Part shown: positions 1 to 9,827 of the stretch, in pieces
Layout of the letters: every line of letters starts with the position of its first letter
Numbering within the stretch: the stretch's first letter is position 1
NCBI GenBank assembly: GCA_963843555.1
Contig: CAWJKV010000005.1
Coordinates: 256,001 to 320,000, forward strand
From: an uncultured Methanosarcinales archaeon
GTDB taxonomy: Archaea > Halobacteriota > Methanosarcinia > Methanotrichales > Methanotrichaceae
DNA: 64,000 nt
Direction: 5' to 3'
Notes under the pieces: model-generated
What the model was told of the DNA's origin: nothing
Seen by the model: only the letters and a program-made list of their open reading frames with translations
Databases searched by the model: none
Position numbers and translations under genes: made by a program

Positions 1-503
1 ATGCCGTTCTCTTCCAGCCTCAGGGAGTGGCCGTGCACGGTGCAGCCTCTCATGGAGCAGAGGGCGACATCGGTCATCTCGCTGTCATACTGTTGCTTGG
101 TGTAAATCTCGATATCTCTCTCCCTGGCCTCAATGATCTGTCTGCCGGACAGGGTGCCTGGGTCGCAGCCCTTACAGTTGATGGCTCCCCAATAGGATCT
201 CCAGTATGGGATGGATGGTGCGAAGTACATGGAGTCGGTCCACTGAGAGTACCTTACACGGTCTCCAGCTGCCGCGCCTGCTGTGGGAGCTACGATCTGC
301 CTTATGGGGCAGTCGGGCTCGCCCATCTCTTTAAGGGGCGGGTGGGTGCTGGAATAATCGGCGCCAGGGGCCCTGTGGCCCATGATCGCCACTACATCTG
401 CCTCGGGGATATCTCTGAGCTTCTCGAGGTTGCCGGACATGTGCTTCCTTCTGTTGATGCCGACAGAGGTGCTTCCGGGATAAAATTGTGCTTTGTATGC
501 CAT
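1..503 (-). CDS. mcrG: Methyl-coenzyme M reductase gamma subunit (5' part; runs off window)
   Basis: Not in ORF track. Manual translation from ATG at 503 gives MAYKAQFYPGSTSVGINRRKHM...GHRAPGADYSSTHPPLKEMGEPDCPIR...DPGTLSGRQIIEARERD; directly follows mcrD. Confidence 0.97.
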   Translation of the reverse strand, partial: MAYKAQFYPGSTSVGINRRKHMSGNLEKLRDIPEADVVAIMGHRAPGADYSSTHPPLKEMGEPDCPIRQIVAPTAGAAAGDRVRYSQWTDSMYFAPSIPYWRSYWGAINCKGCDPGTLSGRQIIEARERDIEIYTKQQYDSEMTDVALCSMRGCTVHGHSLRLEENG

Positions 504-505
504 AT

Positions 506-1021
506 TTATCTCTCCTCATCGTCAATAGTCACTCTTTCTTCAGACAGTATGGCCAGTCTATCCGTTTTGGCCTTGGGATCGATCAGCCCTAAGATGCGCG
601 TGTCCCCCATCTTGCCGTACTTGGCATAATCCGTGATGGTCGGCCTGGTATGGAAGAACTTGCCGCGCTTGATATGGAAGGATATGGGCAACGCTCGCTC
701 ACACGCCGCCTTTAGCCCGTCGAAGTATTTTTCGCTCTCCAGCTCGAGCCTGATCCTACCAACTTTAACGCGGAGTTCAAAGGCCTGCCCTGCCACCTCG
801 ATGAGAAGATCTCTATTCTCTTCGATTGGGGCACCCCTTCCGGGGCCATAGGGCACGCTTCTGGGAAGGTTGGGGCCATGTATCATTATCCTGATGATGC
901 CCCCATTTCCATAGATCTCGTTCAGCAGTTTCTGGGCCGTTTCTGGCATCAAGAATCTGCTCGGGAGTATTTCTACCTGTATCGATTCAGTGTCTGATTC
1001 AGTGACCATTTCTTCCGCCAA
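506..1021 (-). CDS. mcrD: Methyl-coenzyme M reductase operon protein D
   Basis: QVEILPSRFLMPETAQKLLN, HGPNLPRSVPYGPGRG, PTITDYAKYG; lies between mcrB and mcrG. Confidence 0.95.
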   Translation of the reverse strand: MAEEMVTESDTESIQVEILPSRFLMPETAQKLLNEIYGNGGIIRIMIHGPNLPRSVPYGPGRGAPIEENRDLLIEVAGQAFELRVKVGRIRLELESEKYFDGLKAACERALPISFHIKRGKFFHTRPTITDYAKYGKMGDTRILGLIDPKAKTDRLAILSEERVTIDDEER

Positions 1022-1024
1022 TTC

Positions 1025-2329
1025 TTACACAGCCTCCGCAACCGATACGATCGGCTCACGGAATTCTTTGATCTCACTGTATATGGCACCGACCAGTCCA
1101 GATGTCATCTCGGGTGTGAACATCTGAGTACCGGCATCCAGTGCTACTGCTGCAGCCACGCAGGGTATGGCAAATCCTCTGGAGTGCCTGGTTACCACGT
1201 GGTTACCGTTGAATACACCGGGGCCGCCGCCGCCATAGATGGAGTGGCTGAAGAACGAGAATCCGACTGCCGTTCCCATGACCCTTCCGAAGTCGCATCC
1301 GGGCAGGGCGGTCTCCTTCTCGATAACATCGTTGAAGTACAGCAGAGTCGAGGACACAGCCTGAGCGCCCCTAAGGGAGCCGCAGTTGACCATTGTGGCT
1401 GCCAGTACGCCAGCGGCGCAGTAGGCGTTCCACTTGGAGACATCGTTGGCCTCGTACATGACGTAACCGGAGGGCAGCTTCTTGCCGGCCTTGATGACCT
1501 TATCTTCAAGGGCCTTGCCGACTGTGGTCTGTACCACTGTGCCGATGGTTCCGGTCTTGCCGTTTGCCTTGACGCACTCGTATACCATGTTGTTGGCGTT
1601 CAGACCCTGGTATGCCATGCCCAGGAGCTGGTGGCGCTCGAATATGCCCATGGCATTGCCCATCTCGAACTCGCCGATCTGCTCGTAGATCGAAGCGAGA
1701 GCTGCGGCGTTCATGGCATTCCTCTTGGTGATCATTGCGAGGTGGTTGGCCATGACGTTCCTCAGAGCAAAGCCCAGACCCTCATCGTTCTGGGGGATGT
1801 TGAGAACTGATGCAACGTTTCCGCCAGACATGCCTACGGTCTGCGGGTACTCGCCCCAGACTGAAGCGTGGACCATTGGAGCGTCGACGATGCCGACCTT
1901 GAACTGCTGGATGAGTGCCTCAGTTGCGGCTGCAGCTGCGCCGGTCAATCCGACGACGAACTCAGAGGCTGCGTTAACCCTCATGGTGGGGACCTGGACG
2001 AGCAACTGCTTGCCGCCGCCCAGCACCTGGACATTGGTATCGTCGCCTGGGGTAACCTGCAACAGAGTTTTAATCTTTTCAGCGAGGGCGCCAGCGTTGG
2101 CAACAACATCATAATTAAGCTCGCGTCCCTTGATCTGCCTCCGGCCTCCAGCTACCTTTCCAGTCTTTAAGGCGCCTTCGATGCCGGCCAGATTAACGGC
2201 TACGGTTCGCTTTGTGAGAGAAATGAGTCTCTGCATGGCCGCGTTCTTGAGAGGGCTGACGGCGCTCAGGTCGACGTCGCTCTTCAAAAGAACTCCGCGG
2301 TCGCTATATAGGTCTATCTTGTCAGACAC
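1025..2329 (-). CDS. mcrB: Methyl-coenzyme M reductase beta subunit
   Basis: SDKIDLYSDRG start, GFSFFSHSIYGGGGPGVFNGNHVVTRHSRG, DAGTQMF; GGAGG SD upstream of GTG start. Confidence 0.99.
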   Translation of the reverse strand: MSDKIDLYSDRGVLLKSDVDLSAVSPLKNAAMQRLISLTKRTVAVNLAGIEGALKTGKVAGGRRQIKGRELNYDVVANAGALAEKIKTLLQVTPGDDTNVQVLGGGKQLLVQVPTMRVNAASEFVVGLTGAAAAATEALIQQFKVGIVDAPMVHASVWGEYPQTVGMSGGNVASVLNIPQNDEGLGFALRNVMANHLAMITKRNAMNAAALASIYEQIGEFEMGNAMGIFERHQLLGMAYQGLNANNMVYECVKANGKTGTIGTVVQTTVGKALEDKVIKAGKKLPSGYVMYEANDVSKWNAYCAAGVLAATMVNCGSLRGAQAVSSTLLYFNDVIEKETALPGCDFGRVMGTAVGFSFFSHSIYGGGGPGVFNGNHVVTRHSRGFAIPCVAAAVALDAGTQMFTPEMTSGLVGAIYSEIKEFREPIVSVAEAV

Positions 2330-2355
2330 GTTCTTTATCCTCCTTTACCTTTTTA

Positions 2356-2497
2356 GCAGCGAAAACTGCAACGACGGGCTGTGCCGAAGCGACGACATGA
2401 TAGCTTAAGCTAGAAGGTATCATATCCGGCACCTCACAATTCGTTACAATCTCCCGCCGCTTCCTCTAATGCACCTTAGCTACTTATAGTTTTTGCG
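2356..2497 (-). promoter_or_regulatory. Putative mcr promoter (BRE/TATA ~2481-2497) and hairpin-forming 5' leader (2356-2460)
   Basis: Minus strand GCAAAAACTATAAGTA followed about 20 nt later by a long imperfect stem whose G-U pairs form only on the mRNA strand. Confidence 0.6.
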
Positions 2498-3132
2498 TGC
2501 TGTAATTATAACTTTCCATATTATAAGAATCTGTAGCCTTTGTGACGATATAATTAACTAAATTGTTAAAATTAATTATATTCTAATATGTATCTATAAT
2601 TACGCGATTCTATGCTTCTCGACCCTTGACCAGCTCATGGAATCTTGACCATATACGCTTGGTTTTTGTTCATCGCGATGATGGATAACGATCTCCCCCA
2701 GAGGGCCGTTATTATTTCTGCCCATTGATAAATATGTACTCCATTGCAAAAAATTTTCTCGAAGTGTATATTTGAGTAAATGCCCATATTGATCTTCACA
2801 AGGATCTAGAATGGCTTATCAAAAGCGATTTTACCTGAAAAACCTCAAACGAAAACAATCGAAATTTAGCGAATAATCATGTTGGTTGAATAATATGTAT
2901 AAAGCAATGAATATTCTTCTTGTTCAGTCCAATTCCAGTGTAGATAAAAACAATTATATAAACAATATAAAGAACATATAAAGCTATATAAAAGGCATGA
3001 ACTATGTAGAGTCACAAATCGGGCGGTTCCAGTTAGCGCATTGATAAAATCGGCCTGGCTGAAAGGTTCATTGGGTGAAAAGTGATTTTTTACAGAAAAA
3101 TTTAAATCAATGACAAGATTTGGCTATGAGGA

Positions 3133-5443
3133 ATGCATCTCATAATAGCAGAGAAGCACGATGCTGCTAAGAGGATTGCTCAGATCCTGGCGGGAAGCAA
3201 GCCCAGCACTCAGAGGATAGCAGGCGTCGAGGCTTTTCAGTTTGACGATAAGGTCGTCTTAGGCCTGAGCGGCCATATCGTGGGAGTCGACTACCCTTCG
3301 GAATACAACAACTGGCAAAAGGTGGACTGCAAGGATCTGATCCGAGCCGAGATTGTAGTTCGTCCCATAAATGAGAAGATCATCGATGCCCTGCGCTCTT
3401 TAGGTAAACAAGCAAGTCGCATCACTGTGGCCACGGATTATGATCGGGAGGGGGAGCTCATAGGTGTGGAAGCCCTGAAGATCATCCAGGAGGCAAATCC
3501 AGGCCTGCAGGCCGACCGCGTCAGGTACAGCGCTATTGTCAAGGACGAGATCCTCAAGGCCTTTAAGGACTCTGGAAAAGTGGACTTCGACCTGGCGGCC
3601 TCAGGAGAGGCCAGGCAGATAATAGATCTCGTCTGGGGTGCAGCGCTTACCAGGTACATCTCTCTCACCTCGGGAAGGCTGGGAAAGGAATTCCTTTCGG
3701 TCGGGAGGGTTCAATCGCCGACTCTTGCCCTTATCGTCGATAAAGAGCGAGAGATTCAGGCTTTTGTCTCAAAGGCTTACTGGGAGATCTATGCTGATTT
3801 GGAGAAAGAGCTCCGCGTGCAGCATGCCAAGGGCCGCATATGGGAGCAGACTGAAGTCGATAAAATAGTTGCCAACCTTGGCAAAGTAGGCGTCATCCGG
3901 TCCATCGAGACAAAACCACGCATCGAGAAGCCGCCTGCTCCTTTTGACACCACCAGCTTCATCTCTGCGGCCAGTGGAATCGGGTTTTCTGCCGCCAACG
4001 CCATGCGCATAGGAGAATGGCTCTACATCAACGGTTTCATATCCTATCCAAGAACGGACAATACCGTTTATCCTCCTTCCATCGACCTTGTGGCCTTAAC
4101 CAGGCTTTTCACCAAAGGCGCTTTTTCCCGAGAGGCGGAGCGGCTACTTAAAGGAAAGATGGTGCCCACTCGCGGCAAGAGATCGACCACAGACCATCCG
4201 CCTATCTATCCCACAGCACCGGCAGAGAAGAGCGAGCTTAAGGATGATCAATGGCGAATTTATGAACTGGTAGTGCGGCGCTTCTTTGCCACCCTGGCAG
4301 ACCAATGCGTTTGGGATGCCACCAGCCTCAAGGTGGATATTGGTCCGGAGCCCTTCCGGGCCAGCGGAGCGCGCCTCGTGGAGGCGGGCTGGAGATACTA
4401 TTATCCTTACAGCAAGGCCGAGGAACACATTCTCCCCGAGCTGAAAGAAGGCGAACGACTTAAGGTTCTGGGCCATAATGTCGAAGCTAAGGAGACCCAG
4501 CCACCGGCTCGTTATGGTCAGGGCAAGCTCATCAAGCTCATGGATGACCTTGGGTCTGGGCACAAAATCCACCCGCCACGACATCATCAGCAAACTTTAT
4601 GCTCGCGCTTATGTGCAGGGCAATCCCATGCGGCCTACCAACACCGCTTATGCCGTGGTGGACACGCTGCAAAAGTATGCGCCCACCATCACCAAGCCGG
4701 AGATGACTCAGACTCTGGAAAATGATATGACTCAGATCTCGGAGCGGAAGATCGGAGAAGACGAGGTCATCGAGGAGTCGAGAGTTATGCTCACTTCCGT
4801 CTTTGATGAGCTGACCCAGAACCAGGAGGGCATCGGTCAGTCTCTCAAGGACGGCCTTCGCATCGATAAGATCGTGGGAACATGCGAGAAGTGCAAATCC
4901 GAACTCATAATTCGGCGCGGCCATCGCGGCTCGCGTTTCATCGGCTGCTCCGGCTATCCGGAATGCAGATTCACTCTGCCCCTCCCCAGATTCGGATCGG
5001 TAGTGGTGACGGACAAGATGTGCGAAAAGCATGGCATGTTTCATATTCGCATCATCAACAAGGGCAAGAGACCCTGGGATCTGGGATGTCCGCACTGCAA
5101 CTTCCTGGAGTGGCAGGCCAAGAAGGCCATGGAGAAGGCCGATCCTGAGAGCAATGAGGTAAAGTTAGAGAAGAAGGGAGCGGCCCGGGGCGGAAAAACA
5201 AAGAAAGCCTCAACCAGGGGAGCAAGAGCCGGAAACACGGCAAAGAACGTAGTCAAGGCCAAAAGCGATAGCCTGGCGGATGTGCCGGGAATAGGCCCCA
5301 AGACCCTGGAGAAGCTGGCCTCTGCTGGCGTGACGACCTCTCAAGACCTGATCGGTGCCAAAGCCAAAATTCTGGCCACAAAGACCGGCCTATCCGAGAA
5401 GAAAATTCTGGCCTGGAAGAGCGTTGCCAAAGCCTCAAGCTGA
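3133..5443 (+). CDS. topA: DNA topoisomerase I (type IA) with C-terminal Zn ribbons and HhH tail; frameshift near 4555
   Basis: LIIAEK, ATDYDREGE, SVGRVQSPTL, GFISYPRTD (catalytic Tyr); GLGTKSTR continues in ORF 4478-5443; PGIGPKT HhH. Confidence 0.95.
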
Positions 5444-5550
5444 GCCGCCCGGATTCTATTTTTTAATCGTAAACTTTAGGCCCGAAATATCCAGCAGATA
5501 GCTCCATCGAACTCTGGCATTCGACCTGGAGAAAAGATCTGATGGCAAAA

Positions 5551-5624
5551 TGGGCCTGGCCGGATTTGAACCGGCGGCCACTCGGTTATGAGCCGAGCGC
5601 TCTACCGGACTAAGCTACAGGCCC
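5551..5624 (-). tRNA. tRNA with CAU anticodon, probably tRNA-Ile2
   Basis: GGGCCTGTAGCTTAGTCCGGTAGAGCG-CTCGG CT CAT AA CCGAG...GGTTCAAATCC...CAGGCCCA; GGGCC acceptor fits archaeal Ile2 better than Met. Confidence 0.88.
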
Positions 5625-5634
5625 AAAAGGAATG

Positions 5635-5726
5635 CGCCGCCAACAGGGCTCGAACCTGTGACATTCTGGTTACTGCTCTGTCCTGCAATTAACAGCCAGA
5701 CACTCTACCAACTGAGTTATGGCGGC
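5635..5726 (-). tRNA. tRNA-Asn(GUU) with 19-nt intron at 37/38 (5671-5689)
   Basis: GCCGCCATAACTCAGTTGGTAGAGTG-TCTGG CT GTT A[ATTGCAGGACAGAGCAGTA]A CCAGA...GGTTCGAGCCC...GGCGGCG. Confidence 0.93.
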
Positions 5727-5782
5727 TCGATACCCTGCCTGGATGCACAATGATTTAAGCCTTTTGATATGAAGTAGTTCCT

Positions 5783-6820
5783 ATGCGCGTCCTGAAGAAA
5801 AATCTGCGCGGCGATGAAGGGGAAATAGCTCTGCTCCCCGAGTCTTTAGACGATCTATGGCATCTGCAGCATCTGGTTGAGAGGGGCGATCTTGTATTTG
5901 CCCTGACTCACAGGAAGATGCCGGCCATCGCTGATAAGGCGCGGCCGGAGAAGATGGAGAGAAAGACGGTGCGCCTGGGGATTAAGGTAGAGGATATAGA
6001 ATTTCACATGTATTCCAACTGGCTCCGGCTGCACGGCATTATCAAATCGGGCATGGATGTGGGGGCATATCATACCCTGAATATCGAGGTTGGAACGGAT
6101 CTGTCCATTCTCAAGTACCACTGGAGGCCGGACCTGCTGGCGCGCATCGATGATGCGGTGGCAGAATCACAAAGGCCGAAAGTTGTTTTGGCTCTGGTGG
6201 AAGAAGGTGAGGCCACCATCGGCATTCTGCGCCAGTTCGGGGTGCAGATGGCAGCAGAGATACGAATGGGCAGCGGCAAAGGCAGCGGCGAGGACACCCG
6301 CGCCACCTTCATGAGTGATGTGGCCGAGGCCATCGACCAGACAGCCCAGGAGGGAGCGGAGGTGATCCTGGCCGGCCCGGGCTTTGCCAAAGAGGATCTG
6401 AAGAAGGTGATCGACTCCAGCTATCCGGAATTGTCCAAGAGGATAGCCATGGACGATGCTTCCTCCATTGGAAGATCCGGATTTCAGGAGGTGCTGCGTC
6501 GCGGAGCCGTAAAGAGCGTCCTCGAGTCCAGCCGCATAGCAAGGGAAGCGAAGCTCATCGAGGATCTCTTCCGGGAGATCGCCAAGGACGGCAAAGCCGC
6601 TTATGGCATCAAAGAGGTGCAAACCGCAATGAACTATGGCGCCATTGAGAGCCTCCTGGTCCTCGATGAACTGGCCCGCCGGGGAAAGGTGGATGAGATC
6701 ATGCGCGAAGTGGGCAACGCACGCGGAAAGGTGGTGATCTTCAGCTCAGAGTTTGAGCCTGGGGAAAGGCTGCTCTCCTTGGGCGGCGTGGCGGCATTGC
6801 TCCGATTCAAGATAGTTTGA
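5783..6820 (+). CDS. pelA: mRNA surveillance protein pelota
   Basis: PESLDDLWHL, RLHGII, YHTLNIEVG, AGPGFAKED, LGGVAALLRF. Confidence 0.95.
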   Translation: MRVLKKNLRGDEGEIALLPESLDDLWHLQHLVERGDLVFALTHRKMPAIADKARPEKMERKTVRLGIKVEDIEFHMYSNWLRLHGIIKSGMDVGAYHTLNIEVGTDLSILKYHWRPDLLARIDDAVAESQRPKVVLALVEEGEATIGILRQFGVQMAAEIRMGSGKGSGEDTRATFMSDVAEAIDQTAQEGAEVILAGPGFAKEDLKKVIDSSYPELSKRIAMDDASSIGRSGFQEVLRRGAVKSVLESSRIAREAKLIEDLFREIAKDGKAAYGIKEVQTAMNYGAIESLLVLDELARRGKVDEIMREVGNARGKVVIFSSEFEPGERLLSLGGVAALLRFKIV

Positions 6821-6847
6821 TTCAAGATAGTTCAACGGAGATTTGTT

Positions 6848-7642
6848 ATGACCAAATGCGACAAATGCCAGAGTTCTGCCATTATCTACCAGAAGTACTC
6901 GGGCATGCGTTTATGTCAAGCTCATTTCGACGAGGACGTGCACCGCAAGATCAGAGAGAGCCTGCGCCAGACAGGGCTTTTCGGTCGGGGCGCGCATGTG
7001 GCCCTGGCACTGGACGGCGGTAAGGATAGCGCCTCTATGGCTTTTGTTCTCAAAGGCATCTTCAGGAACCGAAGAGACATTGATTTTGTGGCTATCATCA
7101 TCGATGAGAAAGGGACTCCCGCGAAGCCTGCCAGACTTATTGCCGAGCAGCTGGATATCCCTTATGTCGAAAAGAGACTCCCAACTCCCCCTCTGCCCGG
7201 AGTTATCCCTCAGGATGCCTGCTCAGGGTTTGACACCACCACTCAGAGGATGGAGCATCTTATTGACATCGCGCAGGAGATGAAAGCCAGCGTTCTCGCT
7301 ACGGGCCATAATCTGGATGACGAGGCAACAGACGTATTTATAAGCTATCTATGGGGCGATGTGGATGGACTTCTGGATCATAGCCAGGGCATCAGGGAAG
7401 AGGGAAAAATTCCCTGGATTAAGCCCCTTCGTCGTATTCCGGAAAAGGAGGTAAGGCTCTTTGCCATCAAGCATGGTCTTGCCTATTCCGATGTTGCTCG
7501 CCGGGATCCCTTCCGGACAGAGGCAAAGAGGCATCTTTGCAATTTTGATTCCCGGCATCCTGGGACGAAGTATTCCCTTCTGCGAGGCCAGGAAAAAATG
7601 TCCCGGCATAGACGCGGGGGATCCACAGGGCAAAGCCTTTAA
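6848..7642 (+). CDS. TtuA/TtcA-like PP-loop protein (degenerate motifs)
   Basis: N-terminal CDKC...LCQAHF Zn finger, DGGKDS, ATGHNLDDEA, IKPLRRIPEKE. Confidence 0.8.
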   Translation: MTKCDKCQSSAIIYQKYSGMRLCQAHFDEDVHRKIRESLRQTGLFGRGAHVALALDGGKDSASMAFVLKGIFRNRRDIDFVAIIIDEKGTPAKPARLIAEQLDIPYVEKRLPTPPLPGVIPQDACSGFDTTTQRMEHLIDIAQEMKASVLATGHNLDDEATDVFISYLWGDVDGLLDHSQGIREEGKIPWIKPLRRIPEKEVRLFAIKHGLAYSDVARRDPFRTEAKRHLCNFDSRHPGTKYSLLRGQEKMSRHRRGGSTGQSL

Positions 7643-7670
7643 GTGTGGATGCAAAATAATCGAATCTTGC

Positions 7671-7745
7671 GCCTCGGTAGCTCAGCTGGTCCAGAGCGAT
7701 TGACTTGTAATCAATAGGTCGCGTGTTCGAATCACGCTCGGGGCT
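7671..7745 (+). tRNA. tRNA-Thr(UGU)
   Basis: GCCTCGGTAGCTCAGCTGG...ATTGA CT TGT AA TCAAT...GTTCGAATC...TCGGGGCT cloverleaf. Confidence 0.96.
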
Positions 7746-7770
7746 TTCTTTAGCTGTTTTATGATAAAGT

Positions 7771-7943
7771 TCGATGGCCACATCCACCCAAAAACGACTG
7801 AAATCCGGAACTCTATGTTCGTCTCTCTGCCCCATATTTAGGCAGGGAGGCAACACGTCCCGGGTCGAACAGAGGAGTTGACCATCGCAGTGATTGATAT
7901 CGATAATCGAGCCTGAATTGGGGACTCAGGCCTTTTTTATTTT
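7771..7943 (+). ncRNA. Candidate structured RNA ending in hairpin plus T-tract
   Basis: Nested stems 7772-7777/7882-7887, 7809-7821/7866-7879 and 7822-7831/7841-7850, then GCCTGA..TCAGGC and TTTTTTATTTT. Confidence 0.4.
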
Positions 7944-8033
7944 CTTCATATCCAGTCTGGTCTTGCACCTGGGGCAGGCCTTAGGTTTGTTCACCCTCGT
8001 CTCCCATCCGTAGTGGCATTTGGGACATTTCAT
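7926..8033 (-). CDS. 35-aa zinc-ribbon microprotein (CPxC...CPxC)
   Basis: Manual translation MKCPKCHYGWETRVNKPKACPRCKTRLDMKKIKKA*; below ORF-track cutoff. Confidence 0.8.
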   Translation of the reverse strand: MKCPKCHYGWETRVNKPKACPRCKTRLDMKKIKKA

Positions 8034-8155
8034 CTGTTTCATATTAATACAGTTGTAATAAGAGTATTAATAACTTTCGATTGTATATGATTATCCATAC
8101 TACTCCTGCAAGCGCAAAGCCTATAATTGAATAGAGGTGGTAAATACAGAACTTC

Positions 8156-8635
8156 ATGAACGAGATATTGGAGATCCTTTCTGAAAACGCCAAGGCGACA
8201 CCTTCTGAAGTCGCGGCGCTGCTGGGCAGATCTGAAGCGGATGTGGCCCAAGAGATACGGGAATTGGAGGAAGCGGGCATCATAAGAAAATACATCACCC
8301 TGATCAACTGGGAGAAGCTCGACCAGAGCCTTGTCTTCGCCGTCCTGGAGCTGAAGGTGGCCTTGCAGCGCAAGACCGGTTATGACGCTGTGGCGGAAAG
8401 GATCGCCAGGTTCTCTGAGGTGGAGTCGGTGAGGCTCATCTCCGGAGGACACGATCTCTCAGTCACTGTGCGGGGCAAGTCCATGAAGGATATAGCGTAC
8501 TTCGTGGCGGAGAGGATCGCCCCGCTGGAAGGCGTCCAATCGACGTGCACCCACTTCATCCTTAAGAGTTACAAGGAACACGGCGTCATCCTGACCGATA
8601 AACCTAAGCCCAAGAGGTTGGTGATAACTCCATGA
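8156..8635 (+). CDS. Lrp/AsnC family transcriptional regulator
   Basis: N-terminal HTH, IRELEEAGIIRKY, C-terminal RAM domain; overlaps aminotransferase start. Confidence 0.92.
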   Translation: MNEILEILSENAKATPSEVAALLGRSEADVAQEIRELEEAGIIRKYITLINWEKLDQSLVFAVLELKVALQRKTGYDAVAERIARFSEVESVRLISGGHDLSVTVRGKSMKDIAYFVAERIAPLEGVQSTCTHFILKSYKEHGVILTDKPKPKRLVITP

Positions 8636-9827
8636 AGCAGAGCCTCAAAAATGTTCCAGCCTGGAATGCTGATAGGCACCTAAATAAGGCGGTCAGAGAC
8701 ATGCCGCCTTCGGGGATACGCAAGTTCTTCGACTTGGTGAGCGAGATGGAAGGGGCGATCTCTCTGGGCGTGGGCGAGCCGGATTTTGTCACGCCCTGGC
8801 ATGTGCGCGAGGCCTGCATCTATTCACTGGAGTCTGGAAACACTCACTATACCTCTAACAAGGGGATGCCGGAGCTGAGGGAGGTCATCTGTGATCAGGC
8901 TTACACTGATCTGGGATCTGGATTACGATCCCGCCGAGGAGATTCTGATCACCACAGGCGTGAGCGAAGCCGTGGACCTGGCTTTTCGAGCCACGCTCAA
9001 CCCTGGCGACGAGGCTATTGTGCCCGAGCCCTGTTATGTGGCCTATACTCCGGATATCATCCTGGCGGGAGGGGTGCCCAAGACGGTTCCCACGCGCCTG
9101 GAAGACGAGTTCCGGGTGCAGCCTGAGGAGATTGCCAGGGCCGTGACTGAGAAGACCAAGAGCCTTCTGCTCAGCTATCCCAACAACCCCACCGGCGCGA
9201 TAATGACGCGCTCCGACCTGGAGGACCTGGCGGACGTCGTGGTGGAGAACGATCTGATTGTCATATCGGATGAGGTCTATGGCAAGCTCTGCTACTCCGG
9301 CAGCCACGCCAGCTTTGCTCAACTGGAGGGCATGAAGGAGAGGACGGTCATCTTAAACGGCCTTTCCAAGTCGCATGCCATGACCGGCTGGCGCGTCGGC
9401 TACGTGCTGGGCGATCCAGCAGCTGGTCGCGGCCATGACCAAGATACATCAGTACACCATGCTCTCTGCACCCACCATGGCCCAGGTGGCGGGGCTGGAG
9501 GCATTGCAGAAGGGCGAGGAGGAGATGCTGAACATGAAGCATGAGTACGATCTGCGGCGGCGCATGTTCGTCTCCGGCCTGAACCGCATCGGCCTGGACT
9601 GCTTCGAGCCCAGAGGGGCGTTCTATGCCTTCCCGTCCATAAAAGCCTGGGGTCTGTCATCAGAGGAGTTTGCGGAGCGCCTGCTGCATGAGCAGAAGGT
9701 AGCGGTTGTGCCGGGCGATGTCTTCGGACCGAGCGGCGAGGGTTTCCTGCGCTGCAGCTATGCCACCTCCCGTGAGGAGCTGATCGAGGCTCTGGACAGG
9801 ATGGAGACATTCATCAAGGGCCTGTGA
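8632..9827 (+). CDS. PLP-dependent aminotransferase class I/II; two frameshifts (~8905, ~9420)
   Basis: ISLGVGEPDF, SYPNNPTG, ISDEVY, SKSHAMTGWRVG, GAFYAFP, VVPGDVFG across three consecutive ORFs. Confidence 0.92.

Noticed and set aside
1..2329. mcr operon lacks mcrC between mcrD and mcrG
   Set aside because: mcrBDGA without mcrC is the known arrangement in Methanothrix-type genomes; useful for taxonomy, not novel.
27..2408. Long plus-strand ORFs antisense to mcr genes (and similar shadow ORFs throughout)
   Set aside because: Shadow frames produced by codon bias of the real genes on the opposite strand.
7671..7745. tRNA-Thr as an integration site for a mobile element
   Set aside because: No integrase and no duplicated tRNA 3' end noticed in the window.
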